Below, piece after piece: positions 1 through 15,935 of a stretch of DNA of 64,000 nt. Origin of the DNA: the human T2T-CHM13v2.0 reference genome, Homo sapiens; assembly GCF_009914755.1 (NCBI RefSeq), contig NC_060932.1. The stretch is one strand, 5' to 3'. Position numbers and translations under genes: made by a program. Under the pieces are notes generated by a model that saw only the letters and a list, made by a program, of their open reading frames with translations, made no database searches and was not told where the DNA came from. Positions within the stretch are counted from its first letter, which is position 1. Every line of letters begins with the position of its first letter.

Positions 1-165
1 ATCATTTATACCCCAAACCTCAGCATCATGTAATATACTCAGGTATTCATAGTTAAGATAAGGGGGGAAATATATATATGCATACATACACACACACACA
101 CACACCCAAGTAACAAACCTGCACATGTACCCCCTGGATCTAAAAATAAAAATTGAAAAATTAAG
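1..165 (+). mobile_element. Old L1 (L1PA15-17/L1MA-like) 3' end with a TA/CA microsatellite insertion
   Basis: ccccaaacctcagcatcatg...gtaacaaacctgcacatgtaccccctggatctaaaaataaaa matches the L1 3'UTR terminus and is followed by an A-rich tail. Confidence 0.8.
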
Positions 166-180
166 AAAATTTGGTTTAAA

Positions 181-523
181 TATACCATAGACTACTACTC
201 AGCCATGAAAAGGAATGAAATAATGTCTTTTGCAGCAACTTGGATGGAATTGGAGACCATTATTCTAAGTGAAGTAACTCAAGAATAGAAAACCAAATAT
301 CACATGGTCTCATAAGCGAGAGCTGGCTATGGGCACAAAAAGGCATACAGTGGTATAGTGGACACTGGAGATGCAGAAGAAAGGAAGGAGGGAGGGGGTG
401 AGGGATGAAAAATTATCCATTGGATACCATGTGGACTATTCAGATGATGGGTAAAATGAAAGCCCAGACTTCACCACTATAGAATTTATCCATGTAACCA
501 GAAACCACTTGTACCCCTAAGAA

Positions 524-525
<2 letters not shown>
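181..525 (+). mobile_element. L1PB-type 3' end
   Basis: tactcagccatgaaaaggaatgaaataatgtcttttgcagcaacttggatggaattggag...aagtgaagtaactca...gtaaccagaaaccacttgtacccc; the aagtgaagtaactca motif is typical of L1PB. Confidence 0.85.
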
Positions 526-3065
<2,540 letters not shown>

Positions 3066-3539
3066 ATGTTCCTCAGTTTCTTCCCAGCCCCTCTGAACTG
3101 AAGATTCATTTGAACAGTCTGTCGGAGGCCACCTCAAAATTAGCTGAGGGCACCACATCCTGCAGTCCAACCCAAGATCCTAGGAAATTCTTCATCAGCT
3201 GAAGCTCTAAGTCCCAGGCCCCTGCCAGGTGAAGAGTGTTTCACACAGTCTTCTCATGGGTATTATCATCTAGTCTGGGAGTGTGAACAAGTGCTGAGTG
3301 GATGAACTGGGAAAGAAAATCCTCACCTAGTTTTACAGGATCCTCGCCAGGCATCCAATAGCAGGAACAGAGACAGGATTTCCAGTGATTCTTAAAGAAG
3401 GGTAACTCACTCTGGGAGGAGGGAGGCATGCTTGGAGCCCACTGGCCTTCTTTCAATTTGTTGCCATCTTTGCTCATGCTCGTCCCTCTTTCTGGAATAT
3501 CTGGAAGGTAGCACCTTCAGCTAGTTTTTACCCCTTATT

Positions 3540-3830
3540 TATCTCTTCAATTCCAGCCTAAGCATTCTCTCAGGGAATCTTCCCTGACCACCCAGTCTGA
3601 GACAGGCTGCTTTCCAGTACTGTATTTCTTTATTTCAGAAAAACTGAAATACTCAGTTTACAAATATGAAAAACTGAGTTTACAAATATGCATTCATCAA
3701 TGTAATTCTCTGATATCTGTTTCCTCTACTATAACGTAAGCTCCATAAGAACAAGCAGCTGTCTGTTCTTGCCCAATATCTCGCACAATGCCAGATGTAT
3801 ACAGACTTAACAAATACTTGGTGAATGAAA
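3540..3830 (+). mobile_element. L2 3' fragment
   Basis: gtaagctccataagaacaag...ttaacaaatacttggtgaatgaa resembles the L2 terminus. Confidence 0.6.
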
Positions 3831-4018
3831 AAATGAGCTCAGAGAGACAGAGAAGAAAGTGCCTAGATCACCGCAAAACTGCACAGAGTTGACAGATATT
3901 CTGAGGTTGAATGCACCACCATCCTGGCCCCAGGATTTTGAAGCTGAAGTGGTAATTGTGGTTACTCGTTCCACGCTCCAACTAGCAGGAAGCCCAAGCA
4001 CTGCCGCAATGACGGCCG

Positions 4019-4204
4019 TCTAGACACTACCCATTCGCTCAACCCCAAGACGCATGTTGACTGCTATCTAGACACTACCCATTCGCTCAACCCCAAGATG
4101 CATGTCGACTGCAATCTAGACACTACCCATTCGCTCAACCCCAAGATGCATGTCGACTGCAATCTAGACACTACCCATTTGCTCAACCCCAAGATGCATG
4201 TTGA
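4019..4204. repeat. 48-bp minisatellite (VNTR), ~3.9 copies
   Basis: Unit tctagacactacccattcgctcaaccccaagatgcatgtcgactgcaa; 'tagacac' recurs at 4021, 4069, 4117 and 4165. Confidence 0.97.
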
Positions 4205-4799
4205 AATATTTATCACTTAATATCCAAATGGCCAGGGAATCCTTAGAAGAACTGTCTAAAGATAAATACAAATCCATTTTAAAATGCTATAAACCAAGTA
4301 ACCTGGGCCATACGACATAACATGCCTACCTTAGAGAACGTCAAAGTAGACTATTAATGTAGAACAAAGGACTCCAATAATGCTAGCACTGCACATTCTG
4401 ATCTTTCCCAGACATCCAACAAAGAAACAAGATGTCTGCAAACATTAAAACTTCCTAAAGCGTTTTCATATTAGTATTAATAACAGATGAAGTGCTGTGC
4501 CAGAGGAAACACTTGATTCTCGGAACTCTTGAAATGATGGCTGGATTGTGTGATTCATCGATAGCATAGCAAATCACAAAAGAGATAAAACATTACCAAA
4601 GAATGAAAATAATACATATTGCAAGATAAATACACATGGAATAGTCTGTATAGAGCCTGAGGAGTACTTAACACCCACCATTTAGCCATTCCTTCCAGCC
4701 ACTGTTGTTGGCAGGGTAGTAAAATGTACTGGGCATTTTTGTGATTGACAGTTATATGGCTCTGCTGTTCTGATAGAAACTTTGAAAAGATATTTTAGA

Positions 4800-4966
4800 A
4801 AGGAGGTGCATACTATGATGAAAGAGCACAGGTTTGGAATTATAATGAACTGGACTTTCATTATAATTCCAATTTCAGCTCTGCTGCTTACCGGTGCTGT
4901 GCTATTAGGCCTCCATTTCCTCATCTATAAAATGGAAGTGATGTTACTTGCTTCACGGGGTTATAG
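4800..4966 (+). mobile_element. MIR SINE
   Basis: cctccatttcctcatctataaaatggaagtgatg is the MIR core. Confidence 0.8.
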
Positions 4967-5183
4967 CAGGAGTTGATTAACTATGACTCTTGAGCCAAAT
5001 CTGGCCCACCACTTGTTTTTGCAAATAAAGTTTCATTGAAACACAGCCATACCCATTCATTTTCATGTTGCCTCAAGCTGTTTTCATGCTACAATAGCAG
5101 AGTAGTTATGACAGACCATAGGACCCACAAAGGCTAAAATATTACCTGCCTGACCTTAGGCAGAAAATGTTTGCCATCCCTTG
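4967..5183 (+). mobile_element. MER58A (hAT-Charlie MITE)
   Basis: gccaaatctggcccacc...aaataaagtttcattgaaacacagccatacccattc...aaaatgtttgccatcccttg. Confidence 0.85.
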
Positions 5184-5962
5184 CTATAGACTACACATGT
5201 GCGTTTTTCTGCCTAAAATAACATTTCCCTGTTTCTCCTCACCTAGCTAACATCTTCTCACCCTTCAGAGTCATTTTTTAGAGCAACTTTCCTTTACCTC
5301 CTAGATAAAGTTAAATCTGTTCCTCAATGCTCCCATAGCAACACTTTGGATAAGACTCATCACGTTTGTCAATACTGTTCTCCATCTGCCTTCTTAACTA
5401 ACCTGTTAACTCCATAACAGTAAAGGTGATGTCTGCATCCTATATCCTTTCTTAGAAGATTCCAGTAAGTATTGCAGTTGGTTTCTACACAATTCTACCC
5501 CTTCATACTACTACCCCATCTTTGGCAGACGTTCTTGGCAGTGGTCAAAGTTTTATCTAATACAGAAAAATTCCAGTTCAAATGAAAGGTATTCAAATGG
5601 AGAAGCCTTCAAAGTCCCTATTGCAAATTAACAATGGTGGATTGTGGCAATCAATCAACACTGTCACTGTGAATCTGCTTAAAGGGCTCTTTCTAGGACC
5701 TAACAAATGTTACCAACCAATATTTATCAAACATCTACTCTATAAAGACATTATTTAGGTACTTTGGTGAATACAAAGAAATATAATCCATTCTGCCCAT
5801 TTTATCCTAGGGCTGCATTCTGAATTCAGATCATAAGCCTAATATTTCATATTGAACTTCTCTTTGGAAAGCAGCATACTAAAGATTAGCAAACCATCTC
5901 CCAAAAAGCCCAACACCATCATATTTTTTTTCATTTAATAGCAGATTAAAACTTCCATGGTC

Positions 5963-6325
5963 TGGAATACTATACAGCCATAAAAAAGGATGAGTTCATG
6001 TCCTTTGTAGGGACATGGATGAAGCTGGAAGCCATCATTCTCAGCAAACTATCACAAGGACAGAAAATCAAACACCACATGTTCTCACTCATAGATGGGA
6101 ATTGAACAACGAAATCACTTGGACACAGGGTGGGGAACATCACACACCGGGGCCTGTTGGGGGCTGGGGGGCTGGCGGAGGGATAGCATTAGGAGAAATA
6201 CCTAATGTAAATGACGAGTTAATGGGTGCAGCAAACCAACATGACACATGTATAACTGTGTATCAAACCTGCACGTTGTGCACATGTACCCTAGAACTTG
6301 AAGTATAATAATAATAATAAAAAAG
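5963..6325 (+). mobile_element. L1PA (about PA5-PA7) 5'-truncated 3' end
   Basis: Canonical L1PA 3'UTR with G-rich tract and (TAA)n/A tail; 13-bp TSD aacttccatggtc at 5950-5962 and 6326-6338. Confidence 0.95.
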
Positions 6326-6694
6326 AACTTCCATGGTCAAGGACCAGATAAAAAAGCCAGCCTGCTTTTAGGGGGCACTACATGTGAAAATATTTAATTT
6401 TGAGTGCCAGAATCATGTCCAGTGTGGCAAGGGGGGAGACATGTAATAACTGAGACCAACTCACCAAAAAGAAGATTCACATCATCCATGTGACCTTCAC
6501 TCTGGGAAAATTTCCACTAATAGAATGAGGAGTGGAACTGTCCACACAACTTAAGTTGCTCAGTCAAGTGCTCTCTCTCTCTCTCTCTCTGCACCCCGCA
6601 AACACATACACAACCAAATGTGCATACTTTAAATAAATTATATGTTTCTATGGTATGACTCCAACTCTGCTCTACACATCTCTTCCTTCCTCTT

Positions 6695-7555
<861 letters not shown>

Positions 7556-7974
7556 CACATGGATAACGCTGTTCCCACTCTCATCTTTCCCAGTCTCTTA
7601 AAATAATTTGTGACCAATTACCCCCCAATACACACACATAACAAAACCAAATTTATGTATACACCATCATAAAAGGATTTTTGATCAAAAATATCTAAAT
7701 AATAATGTATCTAAACCACACTTAGAACTCAGCCAAAACCTCCACACCTGCAATGCCCATGCATGCCCAATTCAGGCCTCAAAAAGAGACCCATGCTACA
7801 ATTATATCACCAGCTGTAACCAGTTGGTTGCAGGGTACTTAGAAATTTATCTGTAGGTGATGCTGGCTGAATAATAACAGTAGCATACAGGTCTGTAGAG
7901 ATGGAATGAATGTGTGTGGAGAGTGTGTTATCATTTTCAAGGTGCTTTCACATTTCACTACCAACAGCAGGCAT

Positions 7975-8785
7975 GAGTCAGAGGCCTCCCAAAAGCATAG
8001 CCTGAGATAAGGATTTGGTTACAGAGTTTATTTGGGATGTGATCACAGGGAGCATTTTAAGGGAGAGTAAGACAGGGAATAGAGGCAAACCAATAAGAGC
8101 ACATCGATGAGGAGCTACCACTGTGGGCAACTGGAGCTCATTCCCACTGCGTGTCTCTGAGATACTGCATGGAGCACATCTCAGGGTTCCCCACTGAGCA
8201 GGGAGGAGGCTGCCCCAACTCCCTCCCCATGTTAGTTGGGGTAACTCATGGTACATTAAATCCTTGGCACTTCCAGTTATTAGTCTGCTCTCATACTGAA
8301 GTGAAGAACTGCCCAAGACTAGGTAATTATAAAGAAAAGAAGTTTAATTGACTCACAGTTTCACATGGCTGGGGAATCCTCAGGCAACTTGCAATCACCG
8401 TAGAAGGTGAAGGGGAAGCAAGGCACCTTCTTCACAAGGCAGCAGGAAGAGAAATGAATGCAGGAGGAACTACCAAACAAAAAACCATCAGCTGCAATGA
8501 GAATTCACTCAGTATCACGAGAACAGCATGGGGGAAACTGGTCCCCATGATTCAATTACCTCCACCTGGTCTCTCCCTTGATGCCTGGGGATTATGGGGA
8601 TTTTGGGTGGGGACACAGCCAAACCGTATCACCCAGCTTTGCAGCCTGCCATACACATACACTGAGCACCCTCCCAAGGCAAGGCCCCCCCTTCCCGCCA
8701 CAGGAGAAATACACAGATAACTGTCAGTGTACGGACAATGGGATGAGGGGTGGAGGGACACCCACAGTGTCTGCTATGCTGTGTT
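7975..8785 (-). mobile_element. LTR16-family (ERVL) solo LTR split by THE1D
   Basis: agcctgagataaggatttgg...gtttatttggga...ccactgtgggcaactggagctcattcccactg; sequence resumes after 8631. Confidence 0.65.
8277..8631 (-). mobile_element. THE1D-like MaLR solo LTR
   Basis: tattagtc...gtttaattgactcacag...tgggtggggacacagccaaaccgtatca. Confidence 0.9.
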
Positions 8786-10289
8786 AAGAATTCTGAATCT
8801 TATCTTTATTAATTCCCACAAGGGTTCTGTTGTTATACGTTGTTGCTATCTCCATTTCACAACTGAGGCTCAAAGAGACTAATTAACGTGTCCAAAGCCA
8901 CACAGCAGATACTGGTTAGCCTAATTCCACCCTCTATACTAAGCTGCATCTGAAGGCCCAGAGAGAGTAAGTGACTTGGGTGGAGCCACCCCATACCCAT
9001 CCACACCACAATCAGAAATAAAAAGCATCATGACCTCCGGCTTGTCACCACACTGTGTCTTTTGGTCATCTCACACTGAGCTCCATGCCCTCCAAATGCA
9101 ATGTCGTGAATAGCTTAACCAAAAACTTTTACATATTTTTTGACTCGGCAAAGCAGACAATACATGCTGTAAGTCAAAACACATGTCATCTGTACTATAC
9201 ATTAAGAATTGGGGCTGCTCTTGGTACCCCCAGCAGCATGGAAACAACCCGGAAGGAATCTCCTCAGCAGAATTAGAATGTGCTTTGGATGCAGAGAAGA
9301 GAAGGGTTACAGAGCACAGATTCAGCCAAGTAGAGATATCTCGAGGGCTTTGCCTTTCCTGGAATTCTACTTACAAGTTGTAGTACTGGCTCCACACAAT
9401 GGAACTGCAACCGAAACAGAATTTCTAAGCAGCAGCCTGAGTCAGGGAGATGAATGTTTACTAAGACAAGGCTGGACCCTGGGCAGGGATGGGCATGGAG
9501 CTGTTGGGGCTTGTACAAGAGAGTCCTGCTGGACCAGAACAAAGTTGAGCAGTTGTAAAACGAATGAGTAAACAGTGGTGGAAAAGAACTAACATTTTTT
9601 ATGCAGTGACTAAGTATTCAGTCAACTCCCCTGGACAGACTTCATATCACACCCACTGTAAAGGTGAGTCTGTGATGATGAGTCATTTGAATGGGTCACA
9701 CAGCTAGTAAGATCAGAGTTTAGATTTAACCCTTCCCAGTGTGCCAGACTCCAAATTTCATTCCATTAGGCCTCATGACCTCCTTCATGTGTTTAATGAG
9801 CTCCTACTGTATACTAGATTAAGTAAGCCACACGGTGCATGCCTAGCAGATAGGACAGCACCTTGTTAAATGTTTGTACTCAGGGACTAGCACAGTGCCT
9901 GGCCCTGAGAAAATTCCTTTGGGGTGGCCCAGGATTTCATAGGGGAACAAAACCTGCATGCAGAGGGAGATGTATGTAACTGTCATTGGAGTGTTTTGTA
10001 CAAAGGGTTTCCAGGCATGAGTAATCACGTGGGGGCTTCCACAGAGAAGCTGGATCTGAAAGGAGGTATGGCAATTGCTGTGCTAAGGAGAGAGGAACTC
10101 TCAGTAGAGGGACAGAGACGCATACTCAGGAATGGGCATGACATAGGAGACAGCAAGCAGACGGATATGTCTGGCTACAGTTTGTGGTTTGCGTAAAGGA
10201 GAAGCAGGAGAGAAATGTAGGAAGGTCAGCTTTGTTTATACCTATCCTTGAGTGTCAGGTCATAGACTTTGGAAGTTTTAGGAAATAAC

Positions 10290-10750
10290 AATGAAATTGA
10301 ACAGATGCTTCATGTGTGCCAGACGCTGTTCTCATAATCTACGGCAGGATTTCTCAGCCTGGACATGACTGACCTTTTCAGCCAGATAATTCTCTTTTTG
10401 TGGCGCCCTGGGCATTTTGGAATGTTTGGTAGCATCCCTGGCCTCTGCCCACTAGATACCAATAGAACCTTTCCCCCAGCTATGACAACCAAAGCTGTCT
10501 CCTGACATTGCTAAATGTCCGCTAGAAGGCAATATCACTCCCTGTTGAAAGCCACTGCTCTACATATATTCAGTCATTCCATTTGTATGACTCTGTAAGG
10601 TAGTTAGTATTAACTCTATTTCACAAGTGTGGAAACTGAGGCATGGAGAAGCTATGTAATGTGCGTAGGTTCAACAGGCTTATAAGCAGCACAGTCAAGA
10701 AACTCTGCCAGAACTGATTAATTTAGAGCCCATGACCTTACTCACTATGC
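10290..10750 (-). mobile_element. MIR SINE split by MER20
   Basis: aggtagttagtattaactctatttcacaagtgtggaaactgaggcatggag is the antisense MIR core. Confidence 0.7.
10344..10557 (-). mobile_element. MER20 (hAT-Charlie MITE)
   Basis: agcatccctggcctctgcccactagatacca...gacaaccaaagctgtctcctgacattgctaaatgtcc...gaaagccactg. Confidence 0.9.
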
Positions 10751-10789
10751 TGTGTTTAACATGTCAAAATATTACATTTTAAAAGTGCT

Positions 10790-11214
<425 letters not shown>

Positions 11215-11419
11215 TTATGGGAGTTTCATTTTTTCTTTAATGGTGTTAAAGTCATATTTTTAAAATATAAAAATATACACTTTAAATTTTTTAAATGTAT
11301 TTTTAAATATAAGTGAAACATTTGATGGACCCTAGGCAATACCACTAACCTTATTTCTCCACCCGTTTTCAAGATTAATTGGCTAAAATCAGTTTGCTGC
11401 CACTCGTTGTTCTGAGACT

Positions 11420-11945
11420 CAGCTCAGGCATTACCTCCTCCTGCAGGAAGTCCTCTCTAGCTACTCCACTTCTACCTCTAGAGTGGCTTCATGTGCTCAT
11501 TGTTACTGCAGTCAGAATAGCATCCTAATTTCCTTAATTTCCTTAACACCCTAATTTCTTTTTTTTCTTTTTCTCTATTATACTTTAAGTTCTGGGACAC
11601 ATGTGCAGAACATGCAGGTTTGTTACATAGGTATACACGTGGCATGGTGGTTTGCTGCACCCATCAACCTGTCATCTACATTAGGTATTTCTCCTAATGC
11701 TATCCCTCCCCTAGCCCCCTGCCCCCCGACAGGCCCCAGTGTGTGATGTTTCCCTCCCTGTGTCCATGTGTTCTCCTTGTTCAACTCCCAGCACCCTAAT
11801 TATTTCTTACTCACTATGCCTTTCTCCCACAAAACTGTGAGTTCTTTAATGCTAGAAAAAAATTCTTTCAATAATTTAATCTCCAACTACCAACATGTCT
11901 GGCATAACAGTGAATGTGCTTGAATGAATGTTTGTCAAATGAATA
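11420..11945 (+). mobile_element. L2 3' fragment split by L1PA
   Basis: actgtgagttctttaatg...tctggcataacagtgaatgtgcttgaatgaatgtttgtcaaatgaat. Confidence 0.6.
11557..11791 (-). mobile_element. L1PA7/8-like 3' end
   Basis: tattatactttaagttctggg...tttctcctaatgctatccctcccc; TSD caccctaatt at 11547-11556 and 11792-11801. Confidence 0.92.
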
Positions 11946-12184
11946 AGCAAGCACAGTTTTGAGGAGTCCAGGGTGACAGGCCCAATCCACTGGACAGCAC
12001 AGTCACTGAGCTCTGCTCCCAGGCCATGGCTGAGCCTCACACTCCAGCCTGAGGACAAAGCTCAGTGAGTACCATGAACACAAGTGACATAGGGAAGGAG
12101 AATGGGGAGGTGTCGATATCTTTCTCCCAACAGCCCTGCATGGCCTCTCATTCCATTAGATTCCACACATCTGCCTTTGGATAG

Positions 12185-12549
12185 TGTATTAGTCCATCGC
12201 ACTGCTATAAAGAACTACCTGAGACTGGGTAATTTATAAAGAAAAGAAGTTTAATTGACTCACAGTTCCACATGGCTGGGGAGGCCTCAGGAAGCTTACA
12301 ATCATGGCAGAAGACAAAGGAAAAGCAAGCACCATCTTCACAAGATGTCAGGAGAGAGTGAGCGAGGGGGAAGCTGCCAAACACGTTTAAACCATCAGAT
12401 CTCATGAGAACTCACTCACTATCACGAGAACAGCATGGGGGAAAAGACTCCCATGATCCAATCACCTCCCACCAGGTCCCCCCCTCAACACGTGGGGGTT
12501 ACAATTCAAGAGGAGAGATTGGGTGGGGACACAGAGCCAAACCATATCA
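12185..12549 (-). mobile_element. MSTA-like MaLR solo LTR
   Basis: TG...CA ends (tgtattagtcc...ccaaaccatatca) with perfect 5-bp TSD GATAG at 12180-12184 and 12550-12554. Confidence 0.92.
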
Positions 12550-12879
12550 GATAGAAACAGAGAAAAAGCAAGAAAGTGAGACTAAAAGGGGAAAAAAATT
12601 CAACCCTTTGTTTAATACAATACCTGTGTCTGTGAGGTCCTCTTCAAACATTCAGAGCAGTATGTCCTGTGTCTCTAATGAGGAGCACGTCAGGGTCAAG
12701 AAGTGGGCTGTTCCCAATTAAACAGCAACGAACTCTAAAACCAAGTTCTACAATGACAGATTCTATTTCTCAAACAACTATAATTGATATATAAGTAACA
12801 GCTCCTTTTTATCAAATATATAATTCCCCAAATAATTACACTCTTTGTCTTTAATCCTCACAACAACCCTATTATTATC

Positions 12880-13045
12880 CCAGTGTCAGGCATCCGTCTG
12901 TCTCAGTTCCTTTATCTATCAAATTGGGATAACAATGACTGCTTTGTAGATCTCCACAACCATTAAATGAATTTATCCACATAAAGAGCTTAGAACAGTG
13001 TTCAGCATATAATAAGCACTCCATAAATGGTAGTTATTACTGTCT
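12880..13045 (+). mobile_element. MIR SINE
   Basis: tctcagttcctttatctatcaaattgggataacaat...agagcttagaacagtgttcagcatataataagcact. Confidence 0.75.
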
Positions 13046-14889
13046 CCTATTTACAGATCAGGAAACTAACACAATCGGGATTCACACCTCTCTCTATCTT
13101 TGTCTGCCACTCTTCCCCCAGAATGATTTACCCATCAGGTTATGTATCAAAAGGGAAACTAGCAAAGGCTTGTGTCCAAGGCAGCTGGCTTCAGGGCCCA
13201 CCTGGATCCCACAGACAGAGCTAGATTAAGTGCTGGACACCCTTGACTCCAGTCCCCTGTGCTTTGGTGCCCTCTGCTGGTCTGAAAACTCCGCTGTTGG
13301 GAATTGGTGTGTGCATGGGGGCAGGAAGGAGAATGAACCAGTGTCCATCTGCTTTTTGCAATAAAACTGCCCTATACCTAGGTCCATCCAAGCCTTGTTT
13401 TCTTACTTTGTATATAAAGGAACAGGAATGGCAGAGTTTCTGAGACTAAGCAAAACAAAACTTTTAAGGGAAGAATATGAAAAGTCAAAAAGAACTTGTG
13501 TTTACTGGCAGCCTGCTATAAGCAAGGGATTGCCATATATAGTTTCTCATTTAATCCAATTTAGGCTGGCAGGGCAGCGGTGTAAGCAAAAGAGCAGCAG
13601 ACTATGAGGCAGAAGAGGAGTGGGGATCTGGAGTACAGAAAGGGTGGTTATTGCATGCAGGGGTGCAGACACACCTATTTTGATATACTAATAAATAGGT
13701 TCATTACTTTTTAGGAATATCTGTGTTCTAATATGATTTATGTTTGAAGTTTCCCATCGAAATGCCTGGAGGGTTCTCAACAAGGTCAGAGGAGCATTCT
13801 AACGGAAGAGGAATTCACATCCATTATTTGAGAGTCCACCATGGGGCAGGCACTTCATAGATGATATTTCGTTTAAGACAATAAGGAGGAATTTTCATTG
13901 CCATTGTGTAAAGTTCTGAGAAGCTGGATAACTTGCCCTCAATCACACAGCTGGTGCATGGCAAAGCTGAGCTCTCCTGCATGCCTCACCTCACTCACTT
14001 CTCGCACGTGGAACGCTTCTCCCTCAGTGGGTACAGGCACACCGGACCTCAGAATTCCTGGCCACGCTAGGGAGGGAGCAAATGCTGACCCATACTGTCG
14101 GTGTTTCTGAACCAGACAACACTCTCTCAGCTCCTAAGAGGCAGACTTCACTGCTGCCAGTCAAAGGGAAAGAGAAGAACACATCTTAGAAGGGGAAAAG
14201 CTTGATTCTGAAGACGAAATCAGATTGGCTTTCCTGGGGTGACTCGGTTGCTCTGAATCATCCAGTGAAAACAAGCACTTTGCCATCTGGTAATTACCTT
14301 GGGGCCGAGGTGTCAATCCCTTCTCCTTTATCCTGCCCTCCGTAGGAAAACTCTAGCCCCTGGGTGGTCCAGATGGTCAGAGGCCTTTGCACAATGAACA
14401 GAGGCCGCTGCTCCATATGTGACTTCTTTGCCACGGAAGTCATCCCATGAAAAACTACAAGCAGGAAGATTTCGCTTCTCGTAAATGCCTCGTTAGAGAG
14501 TCAGCAACTTCTGGGAAGGAACTATCTGTGCCCTGTCCCCCACCTCCATCTCCTTTCAATTAAGGAGCCCAGAGTTCTGTGCTTCCCACCACTGTATTCA
14601 TGCCTGCATAGGAGGCTCACGGAACTATCACCCTCACCAGAAAAAAAGAGAGAATCTGTTAATAACAGGCTTTGTTCTGTCTCAGCGGTTTCTACCCTTC
14701 CTCCATTCCTTCTTGACCCCTGACAGTAGCTGTCCAGAGAAACACCCCCTTGTTGGATTTAATACAGCAACCCAGGGATCTCCAACTCACTCCCACACCA
14801 GAGAGTCCCCAACAGCCCTTGAGAGGGGTGAAATCCATTAGTAGAGGCCAGAATTCACCAGTAAGTAAGAGAGGGTTTGATTACCCTGA

Positions 14890-15580
<691 letters not shown>

Positions 15581-15713
15581 TTGGCTAGTACATTAATACT
15601 GATATTGATATTAACACTGATTTTGTTGTTGATATACAGATGTTAATATTACAAGGTCAAAACAGTAGTCATATATGCCTCAGAGCCCAAAATATACAGT
15701 TGATCATCCATAG

Positions 15714-15935
15714 TAGAGACTTGAAACTTGCCCAGTATTGACATGTGCAGTCAGATGACTCTTTGTTGTATGGGGTTGTCCTGAGTATTACAGGATACTT
15801 GGCAGCATCCCTAGTCTCTACCCACTAGATACCCAAAAGTACCTTCCCTCCAATTGCAACAACCAAAAATGTCTCTTGACATTGCCAAATATCTCCTGGA
15901 GGGGGGGCAAATTGCTCATCATTGAGGATCCCTGC
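15714..15935 (-). mobile_element. MER20
   Basis: gcagcatccctagtctctacccactagatacc...caaccaaaaatgtctcttgacattgccaaata. Confidence 0.88.

Noticed and set aside
4019-4204. CRISPR-like array
   Set aside because: The repeats are contiguous with no unique spacers, there are no cas genes, and the context is primate DNA; this is a minisatellite
9607-9663. + strand 57-bp exon candidate (ctaac...ttttatgcag| ... AAG|gtgagt)
   Set aside because: Isolated, in MIR-like sequence, with no partner exons. It shows that such signal pairs arise by chance, which also limits confidence in the minus-strand candidates
12271-12285. PRDM9 13-mer hotspot motif in the MST/THE1 LTRs
   Set aside because: It reads CCTCCCCAGCCAT, which does not match CCNCCNTNNCCNC; the THE1D copies are also degenerate
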